Of a DNA stretch of 64,000 bases, positions 20,382-29,796 are shown one piece after another (position 1 is the first letter of the stretch; each line of letters opens with the position of its first letter). Made by a program: the position numbers and the translations under genes. The notes below the pieces were generated by a model. The model was not told the DNA's origin, made no database searches, and was given only the letters and a program-made list of their open reading frames with translations. The stretch comes from Candidatus Tectimicrobiota bacterium (GTDB lineage Bacteria > JACPUC01). Location of the stretch: contig JACPUC010000001.1 in NCBI GenBank assembly GCA_016192455.1, forward strand, positions 1 through 64,000, in the 5' to 3' direction.

Positions 20382-21455
20382 ATGAAGGACGACGCGTCCA
20401 CACGGCTCTCCTTCCTGGACCGCTACCTGACACTGTGGATTTTTCTCGCCATGGCCATCGGCGTCAGCGGCGGCTACTTCACCCCGGGCCTGGCCCTGGG
20501 TCTCGATCGCCTGCAGGTCGGCACGACAAATATCCCCATCGCCATCGGCTTGATCCTGATGATGTACCCGCCCTTGGCCAAGGTGAGGTACGAGGAGCTT
20601 GGCGATGTGTTCCGCGACGTCAGGGTGCTTGTCCTGTCGTTGGTACAGAATTGGGTGATCGGACCATTCTTGATGTTTGGCCTGGCGGCGGCGTTCTTGC
20701 ACGGCTATCCGGAGTACATGGTCGGCCTGATCATGATCGGCCTGGCACGCTGCATCGCCATGGTCATTGTCTGGAATGATCTCGCCGGGGGAGATGCGGA
20801 GTACGCCGCGGGATTGGTGGCTCTGAACTCAATTTTCCAGGTCTTCCTCTATTCCATCTATGCCTGGGTGTTCATCACCGTGCTGCCGCCTCTCTTCAAC
20901 CTGCAAGGCAGCGCGGTCGACGTTACCATCGGCCAGATCGCCGAGAGCGTCTTTATCTACCTGGGCGTTCCATTCCTGGGGGGAGGAATCGGCAGGTTTG
21001 TGCTCCTGAAGACGAAAGGCAAGCGCTGGTACGAGCAACGCTTCATTCCGACCATCTCTCCTCTGACGCTGGCGGCCCTGCTGTTTACCATCATCGTCAT
21101 GTTTTCGTTGAAGGGCGAGTATATCGTCCACCTGCCGTTTGATGTGCTGCGCATCGCCGTGCCGCTCGGCCTCTACTTCGTCGCCATGTTCCTCCTGTCG
21201 TTCTGGATGGGGCAAAAACTTGGGGCCGATTACGCGAAAACCACCACCATCGCGTTTACGGCCGCGAGCAATAACTTCGAGCTGGCGATCGCCGTGGCCG
21301 TGGCGGTGTTCGGCATCAACTCCGGCGTGGCCTTCGCCGCGGTGGTCGGGCCGCTGGTCGAGGTTCCGGTTCTCATCAGCCTGGTGAACGTGGCCCGGTG
21401 GTTCCAACGGGCTTTCTTCCAGCCCCGGGTCCTGCCGCAAACGCTCTCACCTTGA
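20382..21455 (+). CDS. acr3: ACR3 family arsenite efflux transporter
   Basis: [53 protein letters not shown]. Confidence 0.96.
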   Translation: MKDDASTRLSFLDRYLTLWIFLAMAIGVSGGYFTPGLALGLDRLQVGTTNIPIAIGLILMMYPPLAKVRYEELGDVFRDVRVLVLSLVQNWVIGPFLMFGLAAAFLHGYPEYMVGLIMIGLARCIAMVIVWNDLAGGDAEYAAGLVALNSIFQVFLYSIYAWVFITVLPPLFNLQGSAVDVTIGQIAESVFIYLGVPFLGGGIGRFVLLKTKGKRWYEQRFIPTISPLTLAALLFTIIVMFSLKGEYIVHLPFDVLRIAVPLGLYFVAMFLLSFWMGQKLGADYAKTTTIAFTAASNNFELAIAVAVAVFGINSGVAFAAVVGPLVEVPVLISLVNVARWFQRAFFQPRVLPQTLSP

Positions 21456-21600
21456 TGGCGGCCCTGACCTGGGCGGCTCCCCTGCGCGCTGACCGCTCGG
21501 AGTCTTTCCAGTTCCGCGCGGCGGGTCAGTGTCGCGGCAGCGTCTCCTGGGCGGCACTCCGGTCCGCGGCTTCGCTTCCTCCCGCTCCTTCCGGCACACC

Positions 21601-22284
21601 CTACGACAGGCAGGCCATGCCGACGGCATCGAAATAGGAAGGGATGCTCTCGGTGATCGGGAAACCGTGGCCGGTGGCGATCATGCGGATGCTGAGGCCG
21701 CGCACTTTCTCCAGGAGGGCGACGGCCTTGGCTGGGGATGGCATGCTCATCTTGAACATGCCCACGAGGCTCTCGGTGAACGCCGGGCCTTGCAGCGGCG
21801 TCTCGCCGCGCTGGCTGAAGAAATCGCTGCTGAAGAGAATGCGCCCGCTCTCCTCGTAGACGATGATGCCGTCCCAGAGGTGCATCTCCGCGCCGACGGT
21901 GAGGCAGCGCAGGCGCATCCTGCCAAGCTCCACCACCTCGCCATCCTCAACCACCTTGACGCGGTTGGTGAGGCCGAAGCCGCTGAGCTGGCGGCAGCAG
22001 ACCGCCCCCACGACCGGCTCCACGGCGGGCGCCAGCCCCTGCCAGGTGGTGAGGGCGCCGCACTCGTCGGCCTCGAAGTGCGGCACGACGATGTAACGCA
22101 GCCCCCTGACGTCCGTCACCTCATCGATGCAGCGGCGAATCCCCTCCACCATCTGCACGGAGCCCGCGGAGATGAGCGTCGGCTGCTCATCAAGCAGGAG
22201 GTACTGGTTGAAGGTGATGCCGATGCGCGGGTTATACTCGCTGATGAGATGGACACCCGGAGCGATTTCCTGACGACTCTGCAT
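21601..22284 (-). CDS. MBL-fold di-iron protein (FprA N-terminal / ODP-like)
   Basis: FNQYLL, PHFEADECG, MHLWD, LFSSDFF, IATGHG. Confidence 0.8.
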   Translation of the reverse strand: MQSRQEIAPGVHLISEYNPRIGITFNQYLLLDEQPTLISAGSVQMVEGIRRCIDEVTDVRGLRYIVVPHFEADECGALTTWQGLAPAVEPVVGAVCCRQLSGFGLTNRVKVVEDGEVVELGRMRLRCLTVGAEMHLWDGIIVYEESGRILFSSDFFSQRGETPLQGPAFTESLVGMFKMSMPSPAKAVALLEKVRGLSIRMIATGHGFPITESIPSYFDAVGMACLS

Positions 22285-22408
22285 AACCCCTCCCTACGGG
22301 ACGACCTGCTGGCTCTGCCGCAGCGGGTTGCCGTGCGGCAGGTCTGGGAACCCACCCACCTCCGGGCGGCTAACGCCCCCAGGCATCTCCCGGCGCGTCC
22401 TGGAAGGT

Positions 22409-23095
22409 TCACCGCGGCGGCAGGGCGGCGACGGCCTTCTGCAGCGCCTCCGGCGCCGGGCGGTCAGTGGGGTGCTCGCCGATGTGGGCGAAGCGGATGA
22501 TCCCCTTCTGGTCAATGAGGAACGTGGAGGGACGTGGCTGCTCAATGCCATCAATGGTGGTGAGAAGGCCGTACGTCTTCGCCAGCTCCTTGCCGTTCAG
22601 CGCCAGCGGGAAGGGCGGATCATAGGCTTTCCCCGTCTCGAGCTTCTTGCCCAGCAGCAGCTCTTCGAAGAGCTTGGGGTTGTCGGGGAACAACTGATCC
22701 ATGGAGCGGTTGTTCAAGAAGAGGCTGGCCGCCCGCAGGAACTCCCGCGTCTTCTCCTCGCCGTGCGGGCTCACGAAGACCACCTCCACACCTTGCCGCG
22801 CGTAAGCTGCGTAATCGCGAACCAGCTCGCCGAGCTGGCGCTCGCAGTAAGGTCACCAGTAGCCCACCCAGCCGCGGTAGAAGACGAGGAGCACGCTCCG
22901 CTTGCCGCGGAAGGAGGCCAGGCTCACTTCGCCCCCCTTCAGGGTGGGCAGGGCAAAGCCGGGCGCGGGATCGCCCACCTTGGCTTGGGCATGGCCGGGA
23001 GCAGCCCACCCAAGAACCCCCAGAAGTATTCCGAGGCACATCCCAGCGACGAAGATCGGCATGCCGACGCGCGTCCGGACGCGAATCCTCTGCAT
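22409..23095 (-). CDS. AhpC/TSA peroxiredoxin-like selenoprotein (UxxC, in-frame TGA at 22853-22855)
   Basis: ORFs 22853..23095 and 22409..22789 are in frame: KVGDPAPGFAL..VLLVFYRGWVGYW-TGA-PYCERQL..PSTFLIDQKGIIRF; SECIS-like hairpin follows; selA and selB are in the window. Confidence 0.88.
22817..22845 (-). promoter_or_regulatory. Putative bacterial SECIS hairpin
   Basis: GCGAG-CG-CCAGCTC-GGC-GAGCTGG-TTCGC starting 8 nt 3' of the UGA. Confidence 0.65.
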
Positions 23096-23214
23096 GGTGA
23101 CCAGTTCTCCTGCCAGGCAAGGGAGATAGGGAGGGGGTGGTGATCATGATGGAGGCCCCCACCCTGCAGCTCCATGAGATTGCCCGGCGCTTCAGGCTGT
23201 CATTGCTGCGCGGC

Positions 23215-24588
23215 TCAGGCGCCGAAGAGGCGATCCACCGCCGCGGCAAGCTCCGCCAGGGTGCTCACCTTGTGGACGCTGTAGCAGTGCGGGATGTACT
23301 GCTGGATGTCGCTGTCACCCGTGCCCCACAGGTGCGGCGCCTCCGGGTTCATCCACACCAGGCGCCGGGCGCGGCGCTTCATCAGCTCGAAGCAATCGAG
23401 GCGCGGATCATGGTAGTTGTTGCGCCCATCCCCCAGGATGATCACTGTGGTGCGGCGATCAACGGCGTCCAGCTTCGTATGGCAGAACTGCGCCAGGCTT
23501 TGCCCCAGGTCGGTGTTGTAGTGGCCCGCCGGCAGGCGCCGGAGCACGCTCACGATGGCCTCCTGCGGGTGGTGCTCGTTGAAGTCGTCGCTGATCTCTT
23601 CTAGATGGTCGATGAAAGCGAAGCTGCGCGCTTTCGCCACCTGATCCTGCAGCTCGTAGATGAGCCGCAGGAGGAACTCGGCGCAGAAGCGCACCGAGGT
23701 GGAGATATCGCAGATGAGGACGAGCTTGGGTTTGAGGCGGCGGCGCTTGAAGCGCAGGTCGAGGGGCACGCCGGCGTAGCGCTGGTTGGCCCGCACCGTC
23801 GCCTTGGCGTCGAGGCCGCCGCGCCGGCCGCGGCGCTGGCGCAGGGCGGCGCGGCTGCGCAGGCGGGCCGCCAGCCGCCGCACCTCCTGCCGCAAGGCGT
23901 GGGCTTCCGCTTCGCTGAGGTGGCTGAAGGGGCGATCGAGGAGATCGGGGCCGGGGCGCCGCTCCTGCTCCTCGACGTGCTGGCGGGCCGCGGCCTGGCC
24001 GGCGAAGTGGCGGAGCTGCTCCTCGAGGGCCTCGAGGTTGTGCCCGAGGAGGGCGCGCAAGCGCTCCATCCCCTCCTCGCTCATGCCGAGCGCGGCGAGC
24101 TTCTCGAACAGCTCGTTGAGGAGCTCTTCGAGCTCCTTCAGCCCCAGCGCGCGCAGCAACTGGCGCGCCCGCCAGTCGCGGCTGCGCGGCGAGCGGCGGG
24201 GGGGCGGTCCCCCTTGCCGCTGCATCGCCTCAAGCTCTTCTTGGCTGAGGGCGCGTGCGTCGAGGAGACGCCGCAGCAGCTCGTTGAGGCGACCGGCCAG
24301 CTCCTCGAGGGCCTGCCGCAACAGCTCCTCTTCATCCTCGCTCAGGGCGTCCTGAGGGCGCAGCATGGGGGGTTGCCCGTGCCCGAAGTAGAGCGGGAAG
24401 AGATCGTTGAAGGTGGGGAGATCGCGCCGCTCCTTGACGAGGCTGGCGGCCAGGATGTCCCGGAAGACTGTGCGATCCTGCACGCCGACGGCCTCGACGG
24501 CGCGGAAGCAGTCTTCGCTTTCCGCCACGGAGACGCGCACGCCGGCTGCCCGCAACGCCGCGACGAACTCAACGAGGCGTCTCTCCAT
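23215..24588 (-). CDS. VWA domain protein (CoxE-like)
   Basis: LVLICDISTSV MIDAS-like motif, TDLGQSL, IILGDGRNN, VWMNPE. Confidence 0.9.
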   Translation of the reverse strand: MERRLVEFVAALRAAGVRVSVAESEDCFRAVEAVGVQDRTVFRDILAASLVKERRDLPTFNDLFPLYFGHGQPPMLRPQDALSEDEEELLRQALEELAGRLNELLRRLLDARALSQEELEAMQRQGGPPPRRSPRSRDWRARQLLRALGLKELEELLNELFEKLAALGMSEEGMERLRALLGHNLEALEEQLRHFAGQAAARQHVEEQERRPGPDLLDRPFSHLSEAEAHALRQEVRRLAARLRSRAALRQRRGRRGGLDAKATVRANQRYAGVPLDLRFKRRRLKPKLVLICDISTSVRFCAEFLLRLIYELQDQVAKARSFAFIDHLEEISDDFNEHHPQEAIVSVLRRLPAGHYNTDLGQSLAQFCHTKLDAVDRRTTVIILGDGRNNYHDPRLDCFELMKRRARRLVWMNPEAPHLWGTGDSDIQQYIPHCYSVHKVSTLAELAAAVDRLFGA

Positions 24589-25507
24589 ACTCCTCCCTGC
24601 CGGCGCCGTTGTCGCTCAGGCGCAGGCGGCGGGCGCGCAGCACATCGCGTTCATGCTTCAGGAGCACCGTGATGGTGCTGCGCAGCGTCGCCTCGTCGAT
24701 GGCCGCGGCGTTCAGCGTCACGAGCGAGCGCGCCCAATCCAGCGTCTCGCTGACGCTTGGCTGCTTGCGCAGGTCGAGCTGGCGCAGGCGCTGCACGAGC
24801 TCGACCGCCTGCCGCGCCAGCTCCGGCCCCAGCTCCGGCACTTTGAGCTGGACGATGCGCAGCTCCTGCTCGATGGAGGGGTAGTCGATGTAGAGGTAGA
24901 GACAGCGGCGTTTCAACGCGTCGCTCAGTTCGCGGGTGTTGTTGCTGGTGAGCACCACGGCGGGATGCACCTTGGCCTTCAGCGTCCCCAGCTCCGGGAC
25001 GCTGACCTGGAAGTCGCTCAGCACCTCCAGGAGGAAGGCTTCGAACTCGGCGTCGGAGCGGTCGATCTCGTCGATGAGCAGGAGGCTCGGCACGTCCGCC
25101 TGGATGGCGCGCAGCAGGGGCCGCTGCAGGAGGAAACGCTCCGAGAAGAAGACATCCTCCTCGCGGGCCAGGCGGTCGGCGGCGTCGGCGAGGCTGGTCG
25201 CCTCGGCCAGCAGGTCGTGCAGCTTCTCGCGCAAAAGCTGCGTGTAGAGCATCTGCTTGGCGTACTCCCACTCGTAGAGCGCCTTCGACTCGTCCAGCCC
25301 TTCGTAGCATTGCAGGCGAAAGAGCCGCCGACCCGTCGCCTGCGACCAGACCTTGGCCAGCTCGGTCTTGCCGACGCCCGCGGGGCCTTCGACGAGAACC
25401 GGCTTGCCGAGCCGTTCAGCCAGGAAGAGGACCGTGGCGATTTCCTCCGAGGGGATGTACTGCTGACCTACGAGAGCATCCGCGACGCCTTGGATGGAAC
25501 TGAACAT
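24569..25507 (-). CDS. MoxR family AAA+ ATPase (CoxD-like)
   Basis: EGPAGVGKTELAK, RLQCYEGLD, LLIDEIDR, ELSDALKRRC. Confidence 0.93.
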   Translation of the reverse strand: MFSSIQGVADALVGQQYIPSEEIATVLFLAERLGKPVLVEGPAGVGKTELAKVWSQATGRRLFRLQCYEGLDESKALYEWEYAKQMLYTQLLREKLHDLLAEATSLADAADRLAREEDVFFSERFLLQRPLLRAIQADVPSLLLIDEIDRSDAEFEAFLLEVLSDFQVSVPELGTLKAKVHPAVVLTSNNTRELSDALKRRCLYLYIDYPSIEQELRIVQLKVPELGPELARQAVELVQRLRQLDLRKQPSVSETLDWARSLVTLNAAAIDEATLRSTITVLLKHERDVLRARRLRLSDNGAGREEYGETPR

Positions 25508-25673
25508 GGCGCGTCCTTCGCGCTTCACGGCATGGAGGCGAACCCGAACCCCTACCTTACGCGCCATTTGGCGTCTCGGGGGGTCTCGGCGGGATGAGCA
25601 AACGTCGAGGCGCGGATGAACCCAAACCCTGCTGGCGCGCCGCACCTCTTTACCTTCGCCCTGAGTCCGCCAT

Positions 25674-26336
25674 TCAACTTAGCGTCACCGATCCCGGCCG
25701 CCCCATGACCCGCAGGAAACTCTGCAGGTCGGCGAACTGCATCGTCGGGTTCGTGCGCCGCTCGTAGCCGAGGGTGGAGATCGGCACGTCGGCGTAGTTG
25801 TGACCGGGATAGAGCCACGTGGTGTCGTCGAACTTCGCCAGCACGCGCGTCAGCGTCTGGTACATGGTGGCCGCGTCGCCGCCGGGGAAATCGGTGCGCC
25901 CGCATGAGCCGATGAACAACGTATCACCCGAAACCAGCTTGTCGTCAATGGCGAAGCACTGCGAGCCGGGGGTGTGCCCGGGGGTGTGGACGAAGGTGAT
26001 GGTGAGGTCGCCGAGGCGCAGGGTGTCCCCCCCGTCGGTCTTCACCATGTTGCTCCACATGGCCCGGTGGAACTCGGCCTCGGCCTTGTGGAGGTAGACC
26101 TGGGCATCGGTGCGGTGGAGCATCTCCTCCACGCCGTTGATGTGATCCGGATGCGAGTGGGTGATGATGAGGTGCTTGATCCGCATCTCATCCTCAGCCG
26201 CCACCTCAAGAATCTGCCGCACATCCCAGGCGGGATCGACCACGGCCGCCTCATGGGTCCGGCGCGAGCCGATGAGGTAGACGAAGTTCGCCATCGGACC
26301 GAGTTCCATCTGCTTCAAGTAGAGATCGCTGCTCAT
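25674..26336 (-). CDS. MBL-fold metallo-hydrolase (glyoxalase II-like)
   Basis: THSHPDH, HTPGHTPG, SGDTLFIGSCGRTD, YPGHNY. Confidence 0.92.
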   Translation of the reverse strand: MSSDLYLKQMELGPMANFVYLIGSRRTHEAAVVDPAWDVRQILEVAAEDEMRIKHLIITHSHPDHINGVEEMLHRTDAQVYLHKAEAEFHRAMWSNMVKTDGGDTLRLGDLTITFVHTPGHTPGSQCFAIDDKLVSGDTLFIGSCGRTDFPGGDAATMYQTLTRVLAKFDDTTWLYPGHNYADVPISTLGYERRTNPTMQFADLQSFLRVMGRPGSVTLS

Positions 26337-26392
26337 GCGACACCTTCTCTTGCCTCGTGGTAAGATTGCTTCTTATCAACGGGCAGGTTTGG

Positions 26393-26520
26393 GCGAGGGA
26401 GCCGCGCCCCTCTGTCTGCCGATAGGCAGGCGCACCCCGCCTTGTAGGGGCGGTTCGCGAACCGCCCCTACCGGATGGGGGGGTGGGGGAGCAAGGGTCC
26501 CCACGAAAAACCTGCCTCCT
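26393..26520. repeat. Composite REP/MITE-like element, copy A (contains GTAG REP palindrome 26444-26471)
   Basis: Perfect palindrome GTAGGGGCGGTTCGCGAACCGCCCCTAC; flanking blocks shared with 53980-54105. Confidence 0.8.
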
Positions 26521-26571
26521 TTTGCCGACGGTGACGCATCCTCCTCGCTAGCGAACGATTGCGAAATACCG

Positions 26572-27114
26572 TCAGGCCACGCTATCAACGAGGCGCTTCA
26601 TGGCGCGGAAGAACTCCAGCTTCGCGGCGCGCGGGAAGCGGCCGTTGCGCGCCGAGGTGGAGGGCATGACGAAGACGCGGCTGGCGCCGAGATCGGCCTG
26701 CGCGCCGAGGGCCGCCCTAGCCTCGCCAAGGCGCGGGCGGACGTGCTCGTAGACCCCCTTGCCGTTGAAACAGATGACCCGCGGCGCGTAGCGCTGCAGC
26801 TTTGCCAGCAGCGCCTCCCGGCCGCGCGCCACCTCCCGCCGGGTGAGGTCGGCGGAGGACGGCGTGCTGCGCCGCACCAGGTCGGTGAGGCCGATGCCGA
26901 ACTCGAGGACGCGGTGGTCCTCCGCGAAATTCAGCGGCACCCGCGTCAGGCCGGCCTCGTAGAGGAGCGGCCAGAAGAGGTTCCCCGGCCCGGCGTAGTA
27001 GTGCCCGAGCCGCGCCGATTTCGTGCCGGGGTTGAAGCCGACCACCACCAGCCGCAGGCCGAAGTCCAGGTAATCCGGCAGCACTCCCTGGGCTGATTGG
27101 CTCACCTCCTGCAC
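26572..27114 (-). CDS. mug: Mismatch-specific uracil/thymine DNA glycosylase (Mug family)
   Basis: LPDYLDFGL..GFNPG..GHYYAGPGNLFW, GIGLTDLV, MPSTSARN; start codon uncertain (27084-27114). Confidence 0.9.
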   Translation of the reverse strand: MQEVSQSAQGVLPDYLDFGLRLVVVGFNPGTKSARLGHYYAGPGNLFWPLLYEAGLTRVPLNFAEDHRVLEFGIGLTDLVRRSTPSSADLTRREVARGREALLAKLQRYAPRVICFNGKGVYEHVRPRLGEARAALGAQADLGASRVFVMPSTSARNGRFPRAAKLEFFRAMKRLVDSVA

Positions 27115-27395
27115 CTTGGCCCTCCCCAGCAGCGCTAGAGCAGCGCGGCACAGCTCCGCCGCGACGGCGAGCGGTTCCGCGCCGGCGCCGCCTCGGCGCC
27201 TCACGAATATAGGCAGCGCGCCGCCGGCGTTCAATCAGAAAGGGAGCGCGCCCCGGCGGCGCGGCTGCCAGCGTCTTGCCTCCCCCGTGGGGCTTCTGCT
27301 ACAAGAGGGAGGCGCGCGCGGCAGCCGTTCGCGCTTCCCTGCACTGCCCGCCCTTCTTCCCGCCGCTGCATGCCTACGCCTCGGGAGCATCAACC

Positions 27396-28775
27396 ATGCG
27401 CGAGTTTTGGAACCGGCACACGAGAGAGAGCCCCTACTGGAACCCGTACACCGAGACCATGCCGCGGGAGCAGCTCCGGCAGATGCAGTTCAAGCGGGTG
27501 AACCTGCTCCTCGAGTACGCCTACGCGCGCAGCCCGCTCTACCGCCGCGTCTACCGCAACGCCGGCATGGAGCCGGGTGACATCACGAGCTGGGACGACT
27601 TCGTCGAGCGCGTGCCTCTCCTCGATAAGAAAGACCTCCTCGAAGCCCAGGCCGAGCATCCCCCCTTCGGCGCCTGTCAGGCGGCGCCCCTCGAGCACTA
27701 CTTCTACCTCTTCCAGACCTCCGGCTCGACGGGCATGCCGATGATGACGCCCTTCAGCTTCTACGCGGCGGCGCAGAACGGCGACCAGTGGGCGCATGCG
27801 CTCTGGGGCATCGGCATGCGGCAAACGGACTCCGCCTACTTCGCCTTCAACTGGGGAACCTTCTCTGGGTTCTGGGCCGCTTACTGGGGGTGCCGCCGCC
27901 TCGGCGCCACGGTTTACTCCGGCGGCGGGCTGGACACGCGCCAGCGCATCCGGCAAATTCTCGAGCTGCGCCCCACCGTCCTCCTCTCCACGCCGACGTA
28001 CGCCCTCTACATGGCCGAGGTGGCGCGCGACCTGGGGGTGGACCTCGCTGGCTCCAGCATCCGCCTCAGCTTCCACGCCGGCGAGCCCGGCGTGAACATC
28101 CCGGCCACGCGCGAGGCCATTGAAAGCGCCTGGGGGTGTACGGCGCACGAGTGCTACGGCGTCGCCGAAGCGGGGTCCCTGGCGGCCGGCTGCCCCACGC
28201 CGGGCATGATCCACATCGTCGAAGATTTCTCCACCTCGGTGGTGCTTGACGAGAACGGCAGGCAGGTCGGCGACGGCGAGGTGGGGGAGAACATCACCAC
28301 CTGTTTCAACAACTACCTCCATCCGATCATCAAGTACCGCACCCATGACCTTGTGCGGCCGCGCTACGACCGCTGCGCCTGCGGGCGCACCTCGCTGCGG
28401 TTCGAGGGGGGCGTGTTGGGTCGCACCGATCACATGATCATCATCAAGGGGACGAACGTCTACCCGTCGGCCATCGAAGCCCTCATGGGGAAAGTGCCCG
28501 GCCTGACCGAGCACTTCGAAATCCACGTCGATCGCGAGCAGCGCAATGATACCGTGCTCGTCAAGGTGGAGGCGGCGCCGCGGCAACAGGCGGGCGCCTA
28601 CGCCAAGCTGCGGGACTCCTTTGCGCGGCTCCTGCACGAAAGCATCAAGGTGCGCATCGGCGTCGAGGTGCTGCCGCCGCAGTCGCTGCCGCGCTACGAG
28701 TTGAAGGCCAAGCGTCTCTTCGATCACCGCCCCAAAGAGCACCGCTGGCAGGTTGACCAGCAGCGGACGGCCTGA
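27396..28775 (+). CDS. Phenylacetate-CoA ligase (PaaK) family protein
   Basis: TSGSTGMP, AGEPG, YGVAE, PIIKYRTHDL, GRTDHMIIIKGTNVYPS. Confidence 0.9.
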   Translation: MREFWNRHTRESPYWNPYTETMPREQLRQMQFKRVNLLLEYAYARSPLYRRVYRNAGMEPGDITSWDDFVERVPLLDKKDLLEAQAEHPPFGACQAAPLEHYFYLFQTSGSTGMPMMTPFSFYAAAQNGDQWAHALWGIGMRQTDSAYFAFNWGTFSGFWAAYWGCRRLGATVYSGGGLDTRQRIRQILELRPTVLLSTPTYALYMAEVARDLGVDLAGSSIRLSFHAGEPGVNIPATREAIESAWGCTAHECYGVAEAGSLAAGCPTPGMIHIVEDFSTSVVLDENGRQVGDGEVGENITTCFNNYLHPIIKYRTHDLVRPRYDRCACGRTSLRFEGGVLGRTDHMIIIKGTNVYPSAIEALMGKVPGLTEHFEIHVDREQRNDTVLVKVEAAPRQQAGAYAKLRDSFARLLHESIKVRIGVEVLPPQSLPRYELKAKRLFDHRPKEHRWQVDQQRTA

Positions 28776-28936
28776 GCTCACCCTTCCACCCAGCTCCCCT
28801 CATCGTCAGGGTGCGCATGCGGTGCATCGAACGCCAAGGCCCCCTCATAATTTGGGATCTGCCGGATTGCGGGTGCGTGGCTGCTGAAGCGAAGCTGAAC
28901 TTGCCCCGATGAAGCTATCCTAACCCGAAGTTACCC

Positions 28937-29205
28937 GGCTGGGAGGAGCACGCGGGCGAACTGGAGAAGCGCGGTCATCTCACGGCGCTGGACCAATCGG
29001 CATTCGTCGTGCGTTGGGTGACCTGGGCGAACATCGCGCAGACCGAGGAGGAGCACGCGGCGCGAGGGAGAGGTAAGCGAGGGACCGCGCCGCGTGCTCT
29101 TGCAGCACCCGAGAGTGAGCGCACTCAACAAGGAGCGTCGCCTCTTCGCCGTGTTCGCAAAGGACTTCGGCCTCACCTCCCCCGCGAGCCTGGGGCAACT
29201 GCCGG
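28937..29205 (+). pseudogene. Frameshifted phage terminase small subunit (P27-family-like) remnant
   Basis: Frame A: WEEHAGELEKRGHLTALDQSAF..WANI; frame B: QHPRVSALNKERRLFAVFAKDFGLTSPAS; adjacent to the tRNA-Val 3' end. Confidence 0.6.
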
Positions 29206-29457
29206 CGGTGGAGAAGCCCCTGGCTCAGTGCGTGAGTTTCTTTTCGGCCCGCGCCTGGCGCCTCCGGTGAGGCCCCCCTCTTGCGCCTGACGCCTCCTGA
29301 GCCAACCGCAGTAAGAAGCCCCCTCCAGGTCATCGGAAGGGGCTTCGTCATCAGCGCCGGGAGGCCGGAAGTTCCTCACCACTCCCGCCAAAATGGTTCC
29401 TTCGTGGTTCCTCTTCTGGACGCCAGAATTTAAGCTCTCCGTAAGCGCTTGCTTTCA

Positions 29458-29532
29458 TGGTGGGCGATGCAGGATTTGAACCTGCGACCTCTGCCGTGTG
29501 AAGGCAGCGCTCCCCCGCTGAGCTAATCGCCC
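29458..29532 (-). tRNA. tRNA-Val (anticodon CAC)
   Basis: GGGCGAT/ATCGCCC acceptor stem, ACCA end, anticodon stem CTGCC/GGCAG with loop TTCACAC, GGTTCAAATCC. Confidence 0.97.
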
Positions 29533-29796
29533 ACCGTGCCTCTGGCTGGCGGCAAGAGTTTCCACGATCGGAAACATTAGGGCATGCTGGGTTACCTATA
29601 GCGCAGTTGCGGCGGCTGCGCAAGCAGGTTTCAGGCGCTGCGCCGGCGGTGGAAGCACGCAACGGGTGAGGCGCGGAGGTCGGGTGGGCAAGGGGGCGAT
29701 CCAGCCGCGGCGCAAGGGGAACGTCCCGAGCGGGGGTTCCCCCTTGCCTGGTGTTACCGCGCCGCGCGGGCAGGGAGCGGTTCCGTGGAGCGCCGC

